Positions 8,737-18,988 of a stretch of 64,000 nt of DNA are shown piece by piece. The notes under the pieces were generated by a model. The model had not been told where the DNA came from, made no database searches, and saw nothing but the letters and a program-made list of their open reading frames with translations. The position numbers and the translations under genes were made by a program. Source of the stretch: an uncultured Lachnospiraceae bacterium. Lineage in GTDB: Bacteria > Bacillota > Clostridia > Lachnospirales > Lachnospiraceae. Position 1 is the stretch's first letter. Each line of letters begins with the position of its first letter. The stretch spans positions 15,484 through 79,483 of the forward strand of contig CANOFW010000011.1 of assembly GCA_947565425.1 (NCBI GenBank). The letters are read 5' to 3'.

Positions 8737-9585
8737 ATGGAAGAGAAAGCGTATTTTAAGAAGAAAAAGCGAGTGGTCGTCAAGATTGGTTCCTCCTCAA
8801 TCAATCACGAGGAGACGGGAAAATTAAATTTTACAAAACTGGAAAAGCTTGTACGGGAGCTTTGCGATATAAGGAACCAGGGGATCGATGTGTGTCTAGT
8901 AAGCTCCGGTGCGATTGCGGTAGGACGTTCCGTTATGGGCTTTTTGGAACGCCCGAAGGACATTTCCACCAAGCAGGCATGTGCGGCAGTGGGACAGGCA
9001 AGGCTTATGATGACATATCAGAAAATGTTTGCTGAATACCATCAGACGGTAGGACAGGTATTAATGACAAAGGGCACGATGCTTGACAATGTTTCCCGCA
9101 AGAATGCGCAGAATACCTTTGAAGAGTTGTTTCGTTTGGGTGTGATTCCCATTGTTAATGAGAACGATACTGTTTCCACCTACGAGATGCGGTTTGGAGA
9201 CAATGATAGTCTGTCCGCGATCGTGGCAGCTTTGGCAGGCGCTGATTTGTTGATTCTGTTATCGGATATAGATGGGCTGTTCACGGACGATCCGCGCCAA
9301 AATGCGGATGCCAAGTTGATTCGTGTCGTGGAGGAACTGGATGAAAATGTTATTTCCATGGCGAAAGGAACCACCGGAAGCGATGTGGGAACCGGCGGCA
9401 TGGAGACGAAATTGATTGCAGCACAGATTGCAACGCGGTCTGGTGCAGATATGATTATTGCCAATGGAGAAGATGTGGGAATTTTACACAGGATTTTCCG
9501 AGGTGAGTTCGTGGGAACGTTGTTTAAAGAACATTTCGACGAGGATTTCTATATTGCAGATTTTATAGAACAAAGTATGGACTAA
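8737..9585 (+). CDS. proB: Glutamate 5-kinase (no PUA domain)
   Basis: VVKIGSSS, VSSGAIAVG, PIVNENDTVS, FGDNDSLSA, GTGGMETKL. Confidence 0.95.
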   Translation: MEEKAYFKKKKRVVVKIGSSSINHEETGKLNFTKLEKLVRELCDIRNQGIDVCLVSSGAIAVGRSVMGFLERPKDISTKQACAAVGQARLMMTYQKMFAEYHQTVGQVLMTKGTMLDNVSRKNAQNTFEELFRLGVIPIVNENDTVSTYEMRFGDNDSLSAIVAALAGADLLILLSDIDGLFTDDPRQNADAKLIRVVEELDENVISMAKGTTGSDVGTGGMETKLIAAQIATRSGADMIIANGEDVGILHRIFRGEFVGTLFKEHFDEDFYIADFIEQSMD

Positions 9586-9618
9586 AAGGTTGCTAAAGTT
9601 TCTTTAGTAACTTTTTTT
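9586..9618 (+). terminator. Intrinsic terminator after proB
   Basis: AGGTTGCTAAAG/TTTAGTAACTT stem followed by a T run. Confidence 0.7.
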
Positions 9619-9711
9619 AAATGTGTGATAGAATTTACCGTTTTTCCTGTCTATTAATGTGAAGGGATTCTTGAGTTTCATGCAGGTCTTGCAAGAAAGG
9701 GAGGTGGAATT

Positions 9712-10272
9712 TTGGAAGATGCACAGATTGTCGACCTGTATTGGAAACGTGATGAACGTGCCATTGTCGAATCGGACGCAAAATATGGCGTATATTGTTA
9801 TACAGTTGCGAACAACATACTGTCGAATACGGAAGATACGAAAGAATGCATAAACGACACATGGGTGAAGGCTTGGAATACAATTCCACCACAAAAACCG
9901 AAAGCTTTAAAGCCTTTCTTTGCAAAAATAATTAGGAATCTGGCGCTCAACCGTTATCAGATGCAAAATGCACAAAAACGCGGTGGAGATATGGTGACAA
10001 TTGCCATAGAAGAGTTGAATGAATGTGTTTCCTCGAGAGAAGATGTAGAATCCGCTTATTTTGCAAAATTATTGCAAAAGGATGTAAACCGGTTTCTTCA
10101 TACTTTGTCCAAACGCGATTGTGATATCTTTTTGTGCCGCTATTTCTTCCTGGAAAATACGGCTGAAATTGCGAAACGTTATAGAATGCGGGAGAGCAAT
10201 GTGCTGGTTATACTTTCTCGGTTACGAAAGAAATTAAAAAAATTCTTGCGAAAGGAGGGATATTTTGTATGA
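9712..10272 (+). CDS. ECF (sigma-70 family) RNA polymerase sigma factor
   Basis: Region 2 (DTKECINDTWVKAW...IIRNLALNRY) and region 4 (IFLCRYF...EIAKRY...SRLRKKL); RBS GGAGG. Confidence 0.9.
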   Translation: MEDAQIVDLYWKRDERAIVESDAKYGVYCYTVANNILSNTEDTKECINDTWVKAWNTIPPQKPKALKPFFAKIIRNLALNRYQMQNAQKRGGDMVTIAIEELNECVSSREDVESAYFAKLLQKDVNRFLHTLSKRDCDIFLCRYFFLENTAEIAKRYRMRESNVLVILSRLRKKLKKFLRKEGYFV

Positions 10273-11423
10273 CAGGCAAAGATTTGCTGGATGCTATCGG
10301 TTCTGTGGATGAAAGTCTTTTAGAACGCTGCCAACAGACCGAACAGCTCACGGCAAAAAAACATATTTTGTGGTATTGGTATCGTAAAAAATATATTTCC
10401 ATTGCTGCATGCGCATGTTTATTACTTCTTTCTACTGTGGGCGTTACATATTGGCAGTCCGATTTTTTCAGCGTGAGCGACACGGTGGTAAATGGGAATA
10501 CTCCGGGAATAACAGCTTTATCAGATGTTTATCAGCCAGAGGAACCAGAGCGCTTTCCTAGGCAAGAGAAGCAAGATGGAACCGACAGTGACGTAGCAAA
10601 AGATACCGTAAATGAAGCTCGGCAAGATCCAAACTCAAGCAGCATAAATGGAACAATAAATGATAACTACCATGCCCACGATTTGCCAGATACGGATATT
10701 TCTTCTGGAACGAAAAGCGGTGTTGAGACTACGCCAAAGAATTCCGAGAACACGGAAACTTTACCGCCATCAAATGAGCAGATAACAAAAGTTGACGAGA
10801 CAGATAGTATAACGCCAAACTATTCCCAAGGCATTGAGATTGAGCCTGTAAAAGAAATTCCCAAAGGGGCTCCATCTTCGGAAGAAACGGTGCAGCCGGA
10901 GGGAATGCACAAGCCTGCAAAAGGGGGGGCGGTGAAGAACATTCTGAAGAAAAATACCGTCGTTGTCCGGGGAACGGTAAAAAAGATTCAGCATTTTCAT
11001 GCTACCGGCGGGGAGTTAGACATTTACTTTTCGGTCGTATCTTTGAAAGTAAAAGAAGTATACCGGGCAGATGGGAAGGGAACCCCGCAGAAAGGAAAAA
11101 TTTGCAAGGTTTATCTGCCTGCGGCAAAGGATTCCCCTCGTCAGGAGAGCAGTATTTGGGGGAAACTCACAAAGGGCAGTGAGGTGATTATGTTGCCTTA
11201 TATTGCAGAAGCAAAAACGGGCATCCGCAACAAAAAGAATTTCTTTGCTTACAAGGATGTTTCAGATTACTATTTTGATACCAAGACGGCAGAATCCCAG
11301 CTTTTTTTGAAGACTAAAACAGGCGTCCTCTATAATACAAAAGTTTATGACATTCCGCATACCGGTAAAAGAGTTACCTTGAATGACGTCGGAAATTATC
11401 TCAAAAAAATATTGAAAGATTAG
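10269..11423 (+). CDS. Probable anti-sigma factor (cytoplasmic N-terminus, one TM helix, acidic low-complexity linker, extracytoplasmic C-domain)
   Basis: ATGA overlap with the ECF gene; N-terminal LLDAIGSVDESLL typical of clostridial anti-sigmas; TM segment YISIAACACLLLLSTVGVTYW. Confidence 0.7.
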   Translation: MTGKDLLDAIGSVDESLLERCQQTEQLTAKKHILWYWYRKKYISIAACACLLLLSTVGVTYWQSDFFSVSDTVVNGNTPGITALSDVYQPEEPERFPRQEKQDGTDSDVAKDTVNEARQDPNSSSINGTINDNYHAHDLPDTDISSGTKSGVETTPKNSENTETLPPSNEQITKVDETDSITPNYSQGIEIEPVKEIPKGAPSSEETVQPEGMHKPAKGGAVKNILKKNTVVVRGTVKKIQHFHATGGELDIYFSVVSLKVKEVYRADGKGTPQKGKICKVYLPAAKDSPRQESSIWGKLTKGSEVIMLPYIAEAKTGIRNKKNFFAYKDVSDYYFDTKTAESQLFLKTKTGVLYNTKVYDIPHTGKRVTLNDVGNYLKKILKD

Positions 11424-11474
11424 TCCGATATCGAATGATTACCAAGAAATCAAGAACGCAAAAGGAGGAACTTT

Positions 11475-12200
11475 ATGAAAATAGGAACCATTTTGAGACA
11501 GATAACCGCATTTGTGATTGCTGTAGCCTTGTGTGTCATAATAACAGACACTACATCATTTGCCAAAACAAAGGCGAAGCCAACGCTTTCCGATACGAGT
11601 CTTACTATGTGGACGAATCAAGACGCTGATCTCAGCCTGGAGAATGCATCTTCCAAAGTCACATGGATAAGTTCTAACCGTAATATAGTCAAAATTGACA
11701 AAACTTTTGGAAAATACAACAAGAACGTGTCTTTGGAAGCAGGAAATAAGAGCGGAACTTGTACGATAAAAGCTAAGATGAAAAATAAAACATATCGTTG
11801 TAAAGTGACAGTCAAAAAGGGCAATATCGTAAAAAAGTATTCCGGCAAAAAATCAAAAACCGTGTTGGAAAAAGTAACACAGACCAAACAGTCCCTTGTT
11901 ATCCGCTACAAAATGTGCGCTGCGGCACATAAGAAGTGCAAATGCCCTCCAGCCTCATATGGACATGCAATCCAATTGGAGAAGTATACCGATGGAAAAT
12001 GGCGCGAGATTCCGATGGATGTAGATGTTGTGTTTACATGTGAGATGCATATTATTCCACCCAAAACAAGTATCAGCAAAACCATTCATCTGGAAAATTA
12101 TTACGACATTTCCAAATTGACGAAAGGCAGTTACCGGCTCTATGTAAATGTATATTATCCGAATGTAAAAGATACCTATGTCAAGTTTAAACTCAAATAG
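11475..12200 (+). CDS. Secreted basic protein with Ig-like domains
   Basis: Signal peptide ending in SFA; Ig-like segment KVTWISSNRNIVKI...GTCTIKA...CKVTVK; second beta-rich domain LEKYTDGKWREIP; RBS AAGGAGG. Confidence 0.65.
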   Translation: MKIGTILRQITAFVIAVALCVIITDTTSFAKTKAKPTLSDTSLTMWTNQDADLSLENASSKVTWISSNRNIVKIDKTFGKYNKNVSLEAGNKSGTCTIKAKMKNKTYRCKVTVKKGNIVKKYSGKKSKTVLEKVTQTKQSLVIRYKMCAAAHKKCKCPPASYGHAIQLEKYTDGKWREIPMDVDVVFTCEMHIIPPKTSISKTIHLENYYDISKLTKGSYRLYVNVYYPNVKDTYVKFKLK

Positions 12201-12244
12201 TTGAACTTTTATTCTATAGTAAGAGACTTATACGCTTTAGCGTA

Positions 12245-12267
12245 ACAAGGTATTTCCTATAAGAGAA
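12245..12267 (+). repeat. 23-bp dispersed repeat, copy 1 (ACAAGGTATTTCCTATAAGAGAA)
   Basis: An identical 23-mer occurs at 36787-36809. Both copies lie between convergent genes next to a terminator. Confidence 0.8.
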
Positions 12268-12269
12268 TA

Positions 12270-12305
12270 AATCCCCCATAACAGAACTTGTCGTTATGGG
12301 GGATT
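12270..12305. terminator. Probable bidirectional terminator between the secreted-protein gene and pfk
   Basis: AATCCCCCATAAC/GTTATGGGGGATT 13-bp stem. Confidence 0.7.
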
Positions 12306-12311
12306 CTTGTA

Positions 12312-13529
12312 TTAGCGATTGCGAATTGCAAACACTGGCAGTCCGTCCTTCATAGGACGCTGGCACTCGCCTTTTACTAAGGGAGCTGCGTAGTCGATGA
12401 ATTCCTGGCTCAAGTTTGAGCCGTCATCGGTAATCCACTCAAGGGGAACGGTCTTTTCTCTATTGCAAACATCATTAACGTCTACTAAAGCACATTCCAT
12501 GCCATAATCGCCATCTTTGCGGTTGAAAGCAATCATGTAACCGGTCTCGCCTTTCAGCGCCTGCTGAACAGCAAAGGAACCGGCCATAACAGCTTCCTCT
12601 AAGTCTGTCGCAGAGAGGCAGTTGGAAGAACAACGCTGGCTGACATTAAATTCCACAGAACGAACCTTTACACCAAGCTCTTTCTTAACAAGAGACTGGA
12701 GATAGGAGCCACAGCCATTTAAAATCTTATGTCCAAACTGGTCAACAGCGGTCTCAACGGAGTCTTCGCTGATAAAGTTGCCCTCTGCGTCTTTGAGACC
12801 TTCAGAAACGCAGACAGTAACATGTTTATGCTCGTCAATTGCCGCTTTGAGCTGTTTTATGAATTTCTCTTCTGAGAACGGAACTTCTGGTAAGTAAATT
12901 AAGAGCGGGTTGGGGTCTTTTTCGCATCTGGCAAGAACGGAAGAAGCGGCAAGCCAGCCGGCATGACGGCCCATAATTTCGATAATCATAACATTGGGCT
13001 TGTCATATGCCTCGGAATCCCGGTTGATTTCGCGGACAGAAGAAGCTACAAACTTAGCTGCGCTGCCGAATCCAGGTGTGTGGTCAGTGAGTACCAAATC
13101 GTTGTCAATTGTCTTTGGCACGCCCATTACGCGGATATCACTGTTTACGGAAGCAGCATAGCGGGATAATTTGCTTACAGTGTCCATAGAATCGTTTCCG
13201 CCGCAGTAGAAGAAGTAACCGATATTTAACTCTTCAAATTTCTTGAATAATTCCGGGTAAACAGGATCAGACAAATCTTCCGGCAGTTTATAACGGCAAG
13301 AGCCAAGGAAAGCGCCCGGCGTAGTCTTCAAAGCGGTGAGCTCGTCCTTTGTCATGTCTGTGTCCATGTCCATATATTGGCCGCCGAGGAATCCCTCAAT
13401 TCCGTGCACCATGCCGTATACCTTGCCAATCTGCTCTGTGCTTTTAAGTCCCTCCGTAACAACTCCGTACAGGCTTCCGTTGATAACGGCTGTAGGGCCG
13501 CCGGATTGTCCGACAATAAGATTTTTCAT
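12312..13529 (-). CDS. pfk: Phosphofructokinase, probably PPi-dependent
   Basis: GQSGGPTAVIN, GGNDS (Asp at the phosphoryl-donor specificity position), PKTIDND, EIMGRHAGWL. Confidence 0.88.
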   Translation of the reverse strand: MKNLIVGQSGGPTAVINGSLYGVVTEGLKSTEQIGKVYGMVHGIEGFLGGQYMDMDTDMTKDELTALKTTPGAFLGSCRYKLPEDLSDPVYPELFKKFEELNIGYFFYCGGNDSMDTVSKLSRYAASVNSDIRVMGVPKTIDNDLVLTDHTPGFGSAAKFVASSVREINRDSEAYDKPNVMIIEIMGRHAGWLAASSVLARCEKDPNPLLIYLPEVPFSEEKFIKQLKAAIDEHKHVTVCVSEGLKDAEGNFISEDSVETAVDQFGHKILNGCGSYLQSLVKKELGVKVRSVEFNVSQRCSSNCLSATDLEEAVMAGSFAVQQALKGETGYMIAFNRKDGDYGMECALVDVNDVCNREKTVPLEWITDDGSNLSQEFIDYAAPLVKGECQRPMKDGLPVFAIRNR

Positions 13530-13666
13530 TTTAGTTCTCCTTTCGTTTGAAAAAATATAGTAGTTCAGCCATAACTAAACTGTTAAAATATATGATAGAC
13601 GAAAATGCTTGGAATTTCAAGCCAAAAGGAGTAGAATAGAGAAATAAAAAACAAAGCGAGGGAATC

Positions 13667-13897
13667 ATGGATCAGAAAAAAATTGACAGAATCAATGTAT
13701 TGGCGCGGAAATCTAAGGCAGAGGGATTAACAGAAGAGGAGAAAAAGGAACAGGCGCTGCTGCGGCAGGAATATATTGCAATCGTGCGCAGGAATCTGCG
13801 TGGGCAGCTCGATAATATTGATGTAGTGAACCCGGACGGGAGTATTGAGAATCTTGGCGAGAAATATGGCAGGAAACATGAGACGGACGCCTCATAG
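13667..13897 (+). CDS. DUF896 (YnzC-like) protein
   Basis: KIDRINVLARKSKAEGLTEEEKKEQALLRQEYI. Confidence 0.85.
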   Translation: MDQKKIDRINVLARKSKAEGLTEEEKKEQALLRQEYIAIVRRNLRGQLDNIDVVNPDGSIENLGEKYGRKHETDAS

Positions 13898-13922
13898 ACA
13901 TTTTCGGAGAGATTGAGAAGAG

Positions 13923-14525
13923 ATGATTAGTCAGAATCAAATTACAGAACGTAAGCGAAAATTACGAGCTGATATGAAACGAAAACGGGATGGCATTAAT
14001 CAGGAAGCGCGGAAGCGATGGTCGGATGAAGTTTGCAGGAGCTTGCAGGAGCAACCTGCATTCCGAAGGGCAGAAACAGTTTGCTTTTACTATCCGTTGG
14101 GGAGTGAGGTAAATCTTTTACCACTGGCGCAGAAAGCGCTTGCTTCAGGGAAACAGGTGGCATTTCCGCGGGTAGAGGGTAGCGAGATGGCGCTTTATCG
14201 CGTCTTGTCCTTGGAAGAATTTGCGCAAGGGGCGTTTCAGGTGATGGAACCTGTCAGCAGTGCGCTTGTGTGTGAACCAGAAATGCTTGTATTCGTTCCA
14301 GGGTTGGCCTTTGATGAACAGGGAAGCCGTATGGGATATGGAAAAGGGTACTATGACAGGTATTTTGCAAGGAATCCTTACTGTCACAAAATTGGCGTCT
14401 GCTATGAAATGCAGCTCGTATCAGAGGTGCCTTGTGAGGACCGTGATATCCGCATGGATGCAGTAGTTACAGAGCAGAATTGTAGCGCGAGCGGCGGAAC
14501 GGAGAAGTCTGGTTTTTGGCGTTGA
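13923..14525 (+). CDS. 5-formyltetrahydrofolate cyclo-ligase
   Basis: VPGLAFDEQGSRMGYGKGYYDRY; DIRMDAVVTE. Confidence 0.92.
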   Translation: MISQNQITERKRKLRADMKRKRDGINQEARKRWSDEVCRSLQEQPAFRRAETVCFYYPLGSEVNLLPLAQKALASGKQVAFPRVEGSEMALYRVLSLEEFAQGAFQVMEPVSSALVCEPEMLVFVPGLAFDEQGSRMGYGKGYYDRYFARNPYCHKIGVCYEMQLVSEVPCEDRDIRMDAVVTEQNCSASGGTEKSGFWR

Positions 14526-14593
14526 AGCCTTTGATACAAATTTGGGGGAAGTTTTGATGAAAAATATAAGAATATAGATGGAGGAATAAGATT

Positions 14594-15847
14594 ATGGCGA
14601 ATATTACATTAGAAGAGATGGGACAAAAAGCGAAAGCAGCGGAGGCGGTATTGCGGGTGCTGCCTACCAGTCAGAAGAATAAAGCATTGACAACCGCAGC
14701 CGATTACCTGATGGGAAATATGAAAATGTTGTTAGAGGCAAATGCTTTGGATATTGAACAGGCGAAAGAAAACGGCATGGCGCCGGCGCTCATAGACCGT
14801 TTGCTGCTCACGGAAGCGCGTATTGCACAGATGGCGGAAGGACTGCGCCAGATTGCAGAATTGGAGGATCCAATAGGAGAAGTATTGTCCATGAAACAAC
14901 GTCCGAACGGGCTGTTGATTGGGCAAAAAAGAGTTCCTCTTGGCGTGATAGGAATTATTTATGAATCGCGCCCTAACGTGACGGCAGACGCGTTTGGGCT
15001 TTGTTTTAAGGCGGGAAATGTGGTGATTCTACGTGGTGGGAAAGATGCCATTCATTCCAACCATGCGATCACGCGGACGTTGCAGGACGCTCTGCACAAG
15101 TGCCAACTTCCCCAGGACGCCATCAGTCTGATTACGGATACCAGCCATGAGACGGCAGAGAAGTTTATGAAACTGAACGACTATGTGGACGTCTTGATTC
15201 CAAGGGGCGGCGCTGGTCTAATCCGCACGGTAGTGCAACAGGCAACTGTACCAGTGATTGAGACAGGAACAGGCAACTGTCATGTGTATGTTGACGAGGG
15301 GGCTGATTTGGATATGGCAGTCGAAATTATTTTCAATGCCAAGACACAGCGGATTGGTGTATGCAACGCCTGCGAATCCCTGGTTATTCATGAAAAAGTA
15401 AAAGATGCCCTGCTGCCTAAATTAGTGCAGAGATTAAAAGAAAAAAATGTGGAAGTGCGCGGAGACATTGTAAGTTGCAGCGTATGCAGCGATATTGTCA
15501 GCGCGACAGAGGAAGATTGGGGCAAAGAATACCTCGATTATGTTTTGTCGGTCAAGACAGTGTCTAATATTGATGAGGCAATTGCACACATTAATAAATA
15601 TAATACGGGGCATTCGGAGGCTATTATCACCAAAGACTACGATAATTCCCGCAAGTTCCTGGACGAAATAGACGCAGCAGCAGTATATATCAATGCTTCC
15701 ACGCGGTTTACCGATGGGTTTGAATTTGGTTTTGGCGGTGAGATTGGTATCAGTACGCAGAAGCTTCACGCCAGGGGACCGATGGGTTTAAAAGAGCTGA
15801 CAAGCACGAAATACATTATCTATGGAAATGGGCAGGTGAGACCGTAA
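14594..15847 (+). CDS. proA: Gamma-glutamyl phosphate reductase
   Basis: [54 protein letters not shown]. Confidence 0.96.
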   Translation: MANITLEEMGQKAKAAEAVLRVLPTSQKNKALTTAADYLMGNMKMLLEANALDIEQAKENGMAPALIDRLLLTEARIAQMAEGLRQIAELEDPIGEVLSMKQRPNGLLIGQKRVPLGVIGIIYESRPNVTADAFGLCFKAGNVVILRGGKDAIHSNHAITRTLQDALHKCQLPQDAISLITDTSHETAEKFMKLNDYVDVLIPRGGAGLIRTVVQQATVPVIETGTGNCHVYVDEGADLDMAVEIIFNAKTQRIGVCNACESLVIHEKVKDALLPKLVQRLKEKNVEVRGDIVSCSVCSDIVSATEEDWGKEYLDYVLSVKTVSNIDEAIAHINKYNTGHSEAIITKDYDNSRKFLDEIDAAAVYINASTRFTDGFEFGFGGEIGISTQKLHARGPMGLKELTSTKYIIYGNGQVRP

Positions 15848-15848
15848 G

Positions 15849-16430
15849 ATGGAAGATGCGATTTGGTTACTTTCCGAACCCCAGATTACGAGGGAATTGT
15901 TTCGCTATTTTAACCGTCGCCAGGAAGTCACGAAATGTTGGCGGAAAGATCAGGGAATCTGGATGTTAAAAGAGGAGCATTTTATGGAGGATTGGAGCGA
16001 GGCACAATATCAGTTTTTAGTGGAATGTTTAAAAAATACGGTAAATACGGGTGGAATTGTCTTGGGGGCATTTGTACAAGAGAAGCTGATGGGATTTGCT
16101 TCTGTCGAAAGCCACCGTTTCGGTTCTGAGAGACAGTATGTGCAGTTGTCTTGTATTCACGTGTCCTGCGAGAGCCGGGGGCTGGGCTTTGGCAAAAAAT
16201 TGTTTCAGTATGCCAGTTTTGGTGCCAGAAAGCTGGGCGCCGAAAAACTCTATATCTCAGCGCACCCGGCGCAGGAGACACAGGCGTTTTATCACGCGTT
16301 GGGGTGCGTGGAGGCGGGCGAGTATGACGGCGATCTCGCGTCATCGGGTGACTGCCAATTGGAATGTTTGCTGGATCAGGAAAGTAAAAGAAATATGACA
16401 GACAGGGAGAACAATAAGAGAAATGTATAA
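15849..16430 (+). CDS. GNAT family N-acetyltransferase
   Basis: IHVSCESRGLGFGKKLF (motif A), LYISAHP, AFYHALGC. Confidence 0.85.
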   Translation: MEDAIWLLSEPQITRELFRYFNRRQEVTKCWRKDQGIWMLKEEHFMEDWSEAQYQFLVECLKNTVNTGGIVLGAFVQEKLMGFASVESHRFGSERQYVQLSCIHVSCESRGLGFGKKLFQYASFGARKLGAEKLYISAHPAQETQAFYHALGCVEAGEYDGDLASSGDCQLECLLDQESKRNMTDRENNKRNV

Positions 16431-17871
16431 TGAAATTGATTTGAAACAGATAAATATAAATGCAAGTCCCCCCGCAGAGGAACCGCAAAGGCAGTATTAT
16501 TTCATGGCGAAATGCTGCCAATATACAAAACAGTTTTTTACAGGACATGGGCGGTTTCCGACTGCACATGTACAGAACTATGGTTGTCAGATGAATGCCC
16601 GCGACTCTGAGAAATTGACTGGAATCTTGGAGGCCGTGGGCTATGAAATTGTGGATAGTGAGGAAGCGGATTTTGTCATCTATAATACCTGCACTGTGCG
16701 GGAGAACGCCAATAACAAGGTCTGGGGGCGCCTCGGTTATTTGAATACTTATAAGAAAAAGCATCCGCATATGAAAATTGCACTCTGTGGTTGTATGATG
16801 CAGGAAGCGGAGGTATTAGAGAAACTCAAAAAGAGTTACCGGTTTGTCGATTTGGTTTTTGGAACGCACAATATTTATAAGTTTGCGGAGCTTTTACATG
16901 CTACATTCGTACAGGAAGGTATGGTAATTGATATCTGGAAGGACACGGACAAGATCGTGGAAGATTTGCCGGTGGAGCGCAAATATAAGTTTAAATCTGG
17001 CGTCAACATCATGTTTGGATGTAACAATTTTTGCAGTTATTGTATTGTTCCATACGTCAGGGGCAGAGAAAGAAGCCGCAAGCCGCAGGACATTCTGCGG
17101 GAGATTGAGCAATTGGCGGCAGACGGCGTGGTAGAAATTATGCTTCTGGGGCAGAATGTCAATTCCTATGGGAAGAATCTTGATGTTCCGGTGACGTTTG
17201 CCCAATTGCTGTCGGATATTGAAAAGATAGAAGGAATTGAACGCATCCGTTTTATGACCTCCCATCCCAAAGACCTCTCGGATGAATTGATTGCGGTGAT
17301 GGCGAAGTCGTCGAAGATATGTCATCATTTGCATTTACCGTTGCAATCAGGAAGCAGCAGAATTTTAAAGGAAATGAACCGTCATTATGATAAGGAACAG
17401 TATCTTGCGCTGGTAGAGAGAATCCGCAGCGCTGTGCCGGGAATTGCCTTGACTACCGATATTATCGTCGGCTTTCCTGGAGAGACAGAAGAAGATTTCT
17501 TGGAGACTTTGGATGTGGTTCGCCGTGTAGGGTATGAAAGCGCCTTTACCTTCATTTATTCCAAGCGTACTGGAACACCAGCGGCGACAAAGTCTGACCA
17601 GGTTCCTGAGAATGTGGTGAAAGAGCGTTTCGACCGGCTGTTAAAGGAAGTGCAGCAGCATGCGACTATGCGGGCGAACGCCTTAACGGGAAGTGTAGAT
17701 GAAGTTCTGGTAGAAGAGGTAAATGAACAGGATGATACGCTTGTCAGCGGGCGGCTGGGGAATAATTTTATTGTTCATTTTCCAGGCAGTCGAGATTTGA
17801 TTGGCAAGATTGTGAAAGTGAAGTTAAACGAATGTAAAGGCTTTTATTTTTACGGAGAGCTGGCACAGTAG
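16423..17871 (+). CDS. miaB: tRNA 2-methylthio-N6-isopentenyladenosine synthase
   Basis: YGCQMN, NTCTVRE, GCM, radical SAM motif CNNFCSYC, C-terminal TRAM domain. Confidence 0.93.
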   Translation: MYNEIDLKQININASPPAEEPQRQYYFMAKCCQYTKQFFTGHGRFPTAHVQNYGCQMNARDSEKLTGILEAVGYEIVDSEEADFVIYNTCTVRENANNKVWGRLGYLNTYKKKHPHMKIALCGCMMQEAEVLEKLKKSYRFVDLVFGTHNIYKFAELLHATFVQEGMVIDIWKDTDKIVEDLPVERKYKFKSGVNIMFGCNNFCSYCIVPYVRGRERSRKPQDILREIEQLAADGVVEIMLLGQNVNSYGKNLDVPVTFAQLLSDIEKIEGIERIRFMTSHPKDLSDELIAVMAKSSKICHHLHLPLQSGSSRILKEMNRHYDKEQYLALVERIRSAVPGIALTTDIIVGFPGETEEDFLETLDVVRRVGYESAFTFIYSKRTGTPAATKSDQVPENVVKERFDRLLKEVQQHATMRANALTGSVDEVLVEEVNEQDDTLVSGRLGNNFIVHFPGSRDLIGKIVKVKLNECKGFYFYGELAQ

Positions 17872-17884
17872 GAGGATACGCGAC

Positions 17885-18496
17885 ATGTATTCATATATGA
17901 AGGGCGAATTGGTTGAGATTTTAGATGAGACGATTGTACTTGAAGTGAACAATATTGGCTATAATATCCATATTCCGGCCAGTATGATTGACAGCTTTCA
18001 TGGAACGGGCCAGACGTTAAAGATTTATACTTACTTTCATGTCAAGGAAGACGCCATGAAGCTCTATGGCTTTCTCACCAGGGATGACTTGAAGATCTTC
18101 AAGCAGCTTTTAGGCGTCAACGGCATTGGGCCTAAGGGCGCGCTTGCCATCTTGACGGTGATGACCCCCGATGATTTGCGTTTTGCTGTGCTGGGGGAGG
18201 ATGCCAAGACCATTGCTAAGGCGCCGGGTATTGGCAATAAGACGGCGCAACGATTAATTTTGGAGTTAAAGGACAAGCTGAGCCTTGAAGATGCGTTTGA
18301 GGCAAAGCTTATGCATCAGGAAGAAGGAGCAGAAATGAAAGTTTCCGGTATTAAGAGCGAGGCAGTACAGGCTTTGACGGCGCTCGGCTATTCTTCTGCC
18401 GAGGCATTAAAGGCAGTCAACGGGGTAGAACTTCACGAGGAGATTACTGTAGAAGAGGTTCTAAAGTCTGCGTTAAGGCAGATGGCGATTTTGTAG
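17885..18496 (+). CDS. ruvA: Holliday junction branch migration protein RuvA
   Basis: LYGF, GVNGIGPKGALAIL, PGIGNKTAQRLILELKDK, ALTALGYS. Confidence 0.96.
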   Translation: MYSYMKGELVEILDETIVLEVNNIGYNIHIPASMIDSFHGTGQTLKIYTYFHVKEDAMKLYGFLTRDDLKIFKQLLGVNGIGPKGALAILTVMTPDDLRFAVLGEDAKTIAKAPGIGNKTAQRLILELKDKLSLEDAFEAKLMHQEEGAEMKVSGIKSEAVQALTALGYSSAEALKAVNGVELHEEITVEEVLKSALRQMAIL

Positions 18497-18508
18497 GAGG
18501 AATCATTT

Positions 18509-18958
18509 ATGGCTGAATTCAAGAAGATGAGAACGGAAGATACCCAGGCTGTGCTGGAGATGATGCGGATTTTTTATGATTCTCCAGCGGTGTCACATGA
18601 GGTGCCACAGGAGACGCTAAGGCGTAATGTAGAAGTCTGTGTGTCTGACAACCCAGTGCTGGAAGGGCTTGTATTCTGGGAAGAGGGACATATTGCCGGA
18701 TATGCTATGCTTGTCAATAGTTTTGCCACAGAATTTGGCGGCGTATGTGTCTGGCTGGAAGATATTTACGTGAAGGAGGAATACCGTGGACGTGGTATCG
18801 GTACGCAGTTTCTTGCATATGCGAAGGAGCAATATCGGGGAAAAGCGATGCTCTTAAAGCTGGAAGTGGAGCGGAGCAATACGGAGGCGGTCAATGTCTA
18901 TAAAAAGTGCGGTTTTGAAGAACTTCCCTATGTAGAAATGATAAAGACATTTTGCTAA
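18509..18958 (+). CDS. GNAT family N-acetyltransferase
   Basis: LEDIYVKEEYRGRGIGTQFL, NTEAVNVYKKCGF. Confidence 0.88.
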   Translation: MAEFKKMRTEDTQAVLEMMRIFYDSPAVSHEVPQETLRRNVEVCVSDNPVLEGLVFWEEGHIAGYAMLVNSFATEFGGVCVWLEDIYVKEEYRGRGIGTQFLAYAKEQYRGKAMLLKLEVERSNTEAVNVYKKCGFEELPYVEMIKTFC

Positions 18959-18988
18959 TTGAACGATTGAGGAAAGGATAAATTCTCT

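Noticed and set aside
15982-16770. 262-aa minus-strand ORF, and other long antisense ORFs such as 6507-7166, 39482-40060 and 51321-51884
   Set aside because: They lie opposite well-supported genes and show no recognisable motifs or RBS; treated as shadow ORFs.
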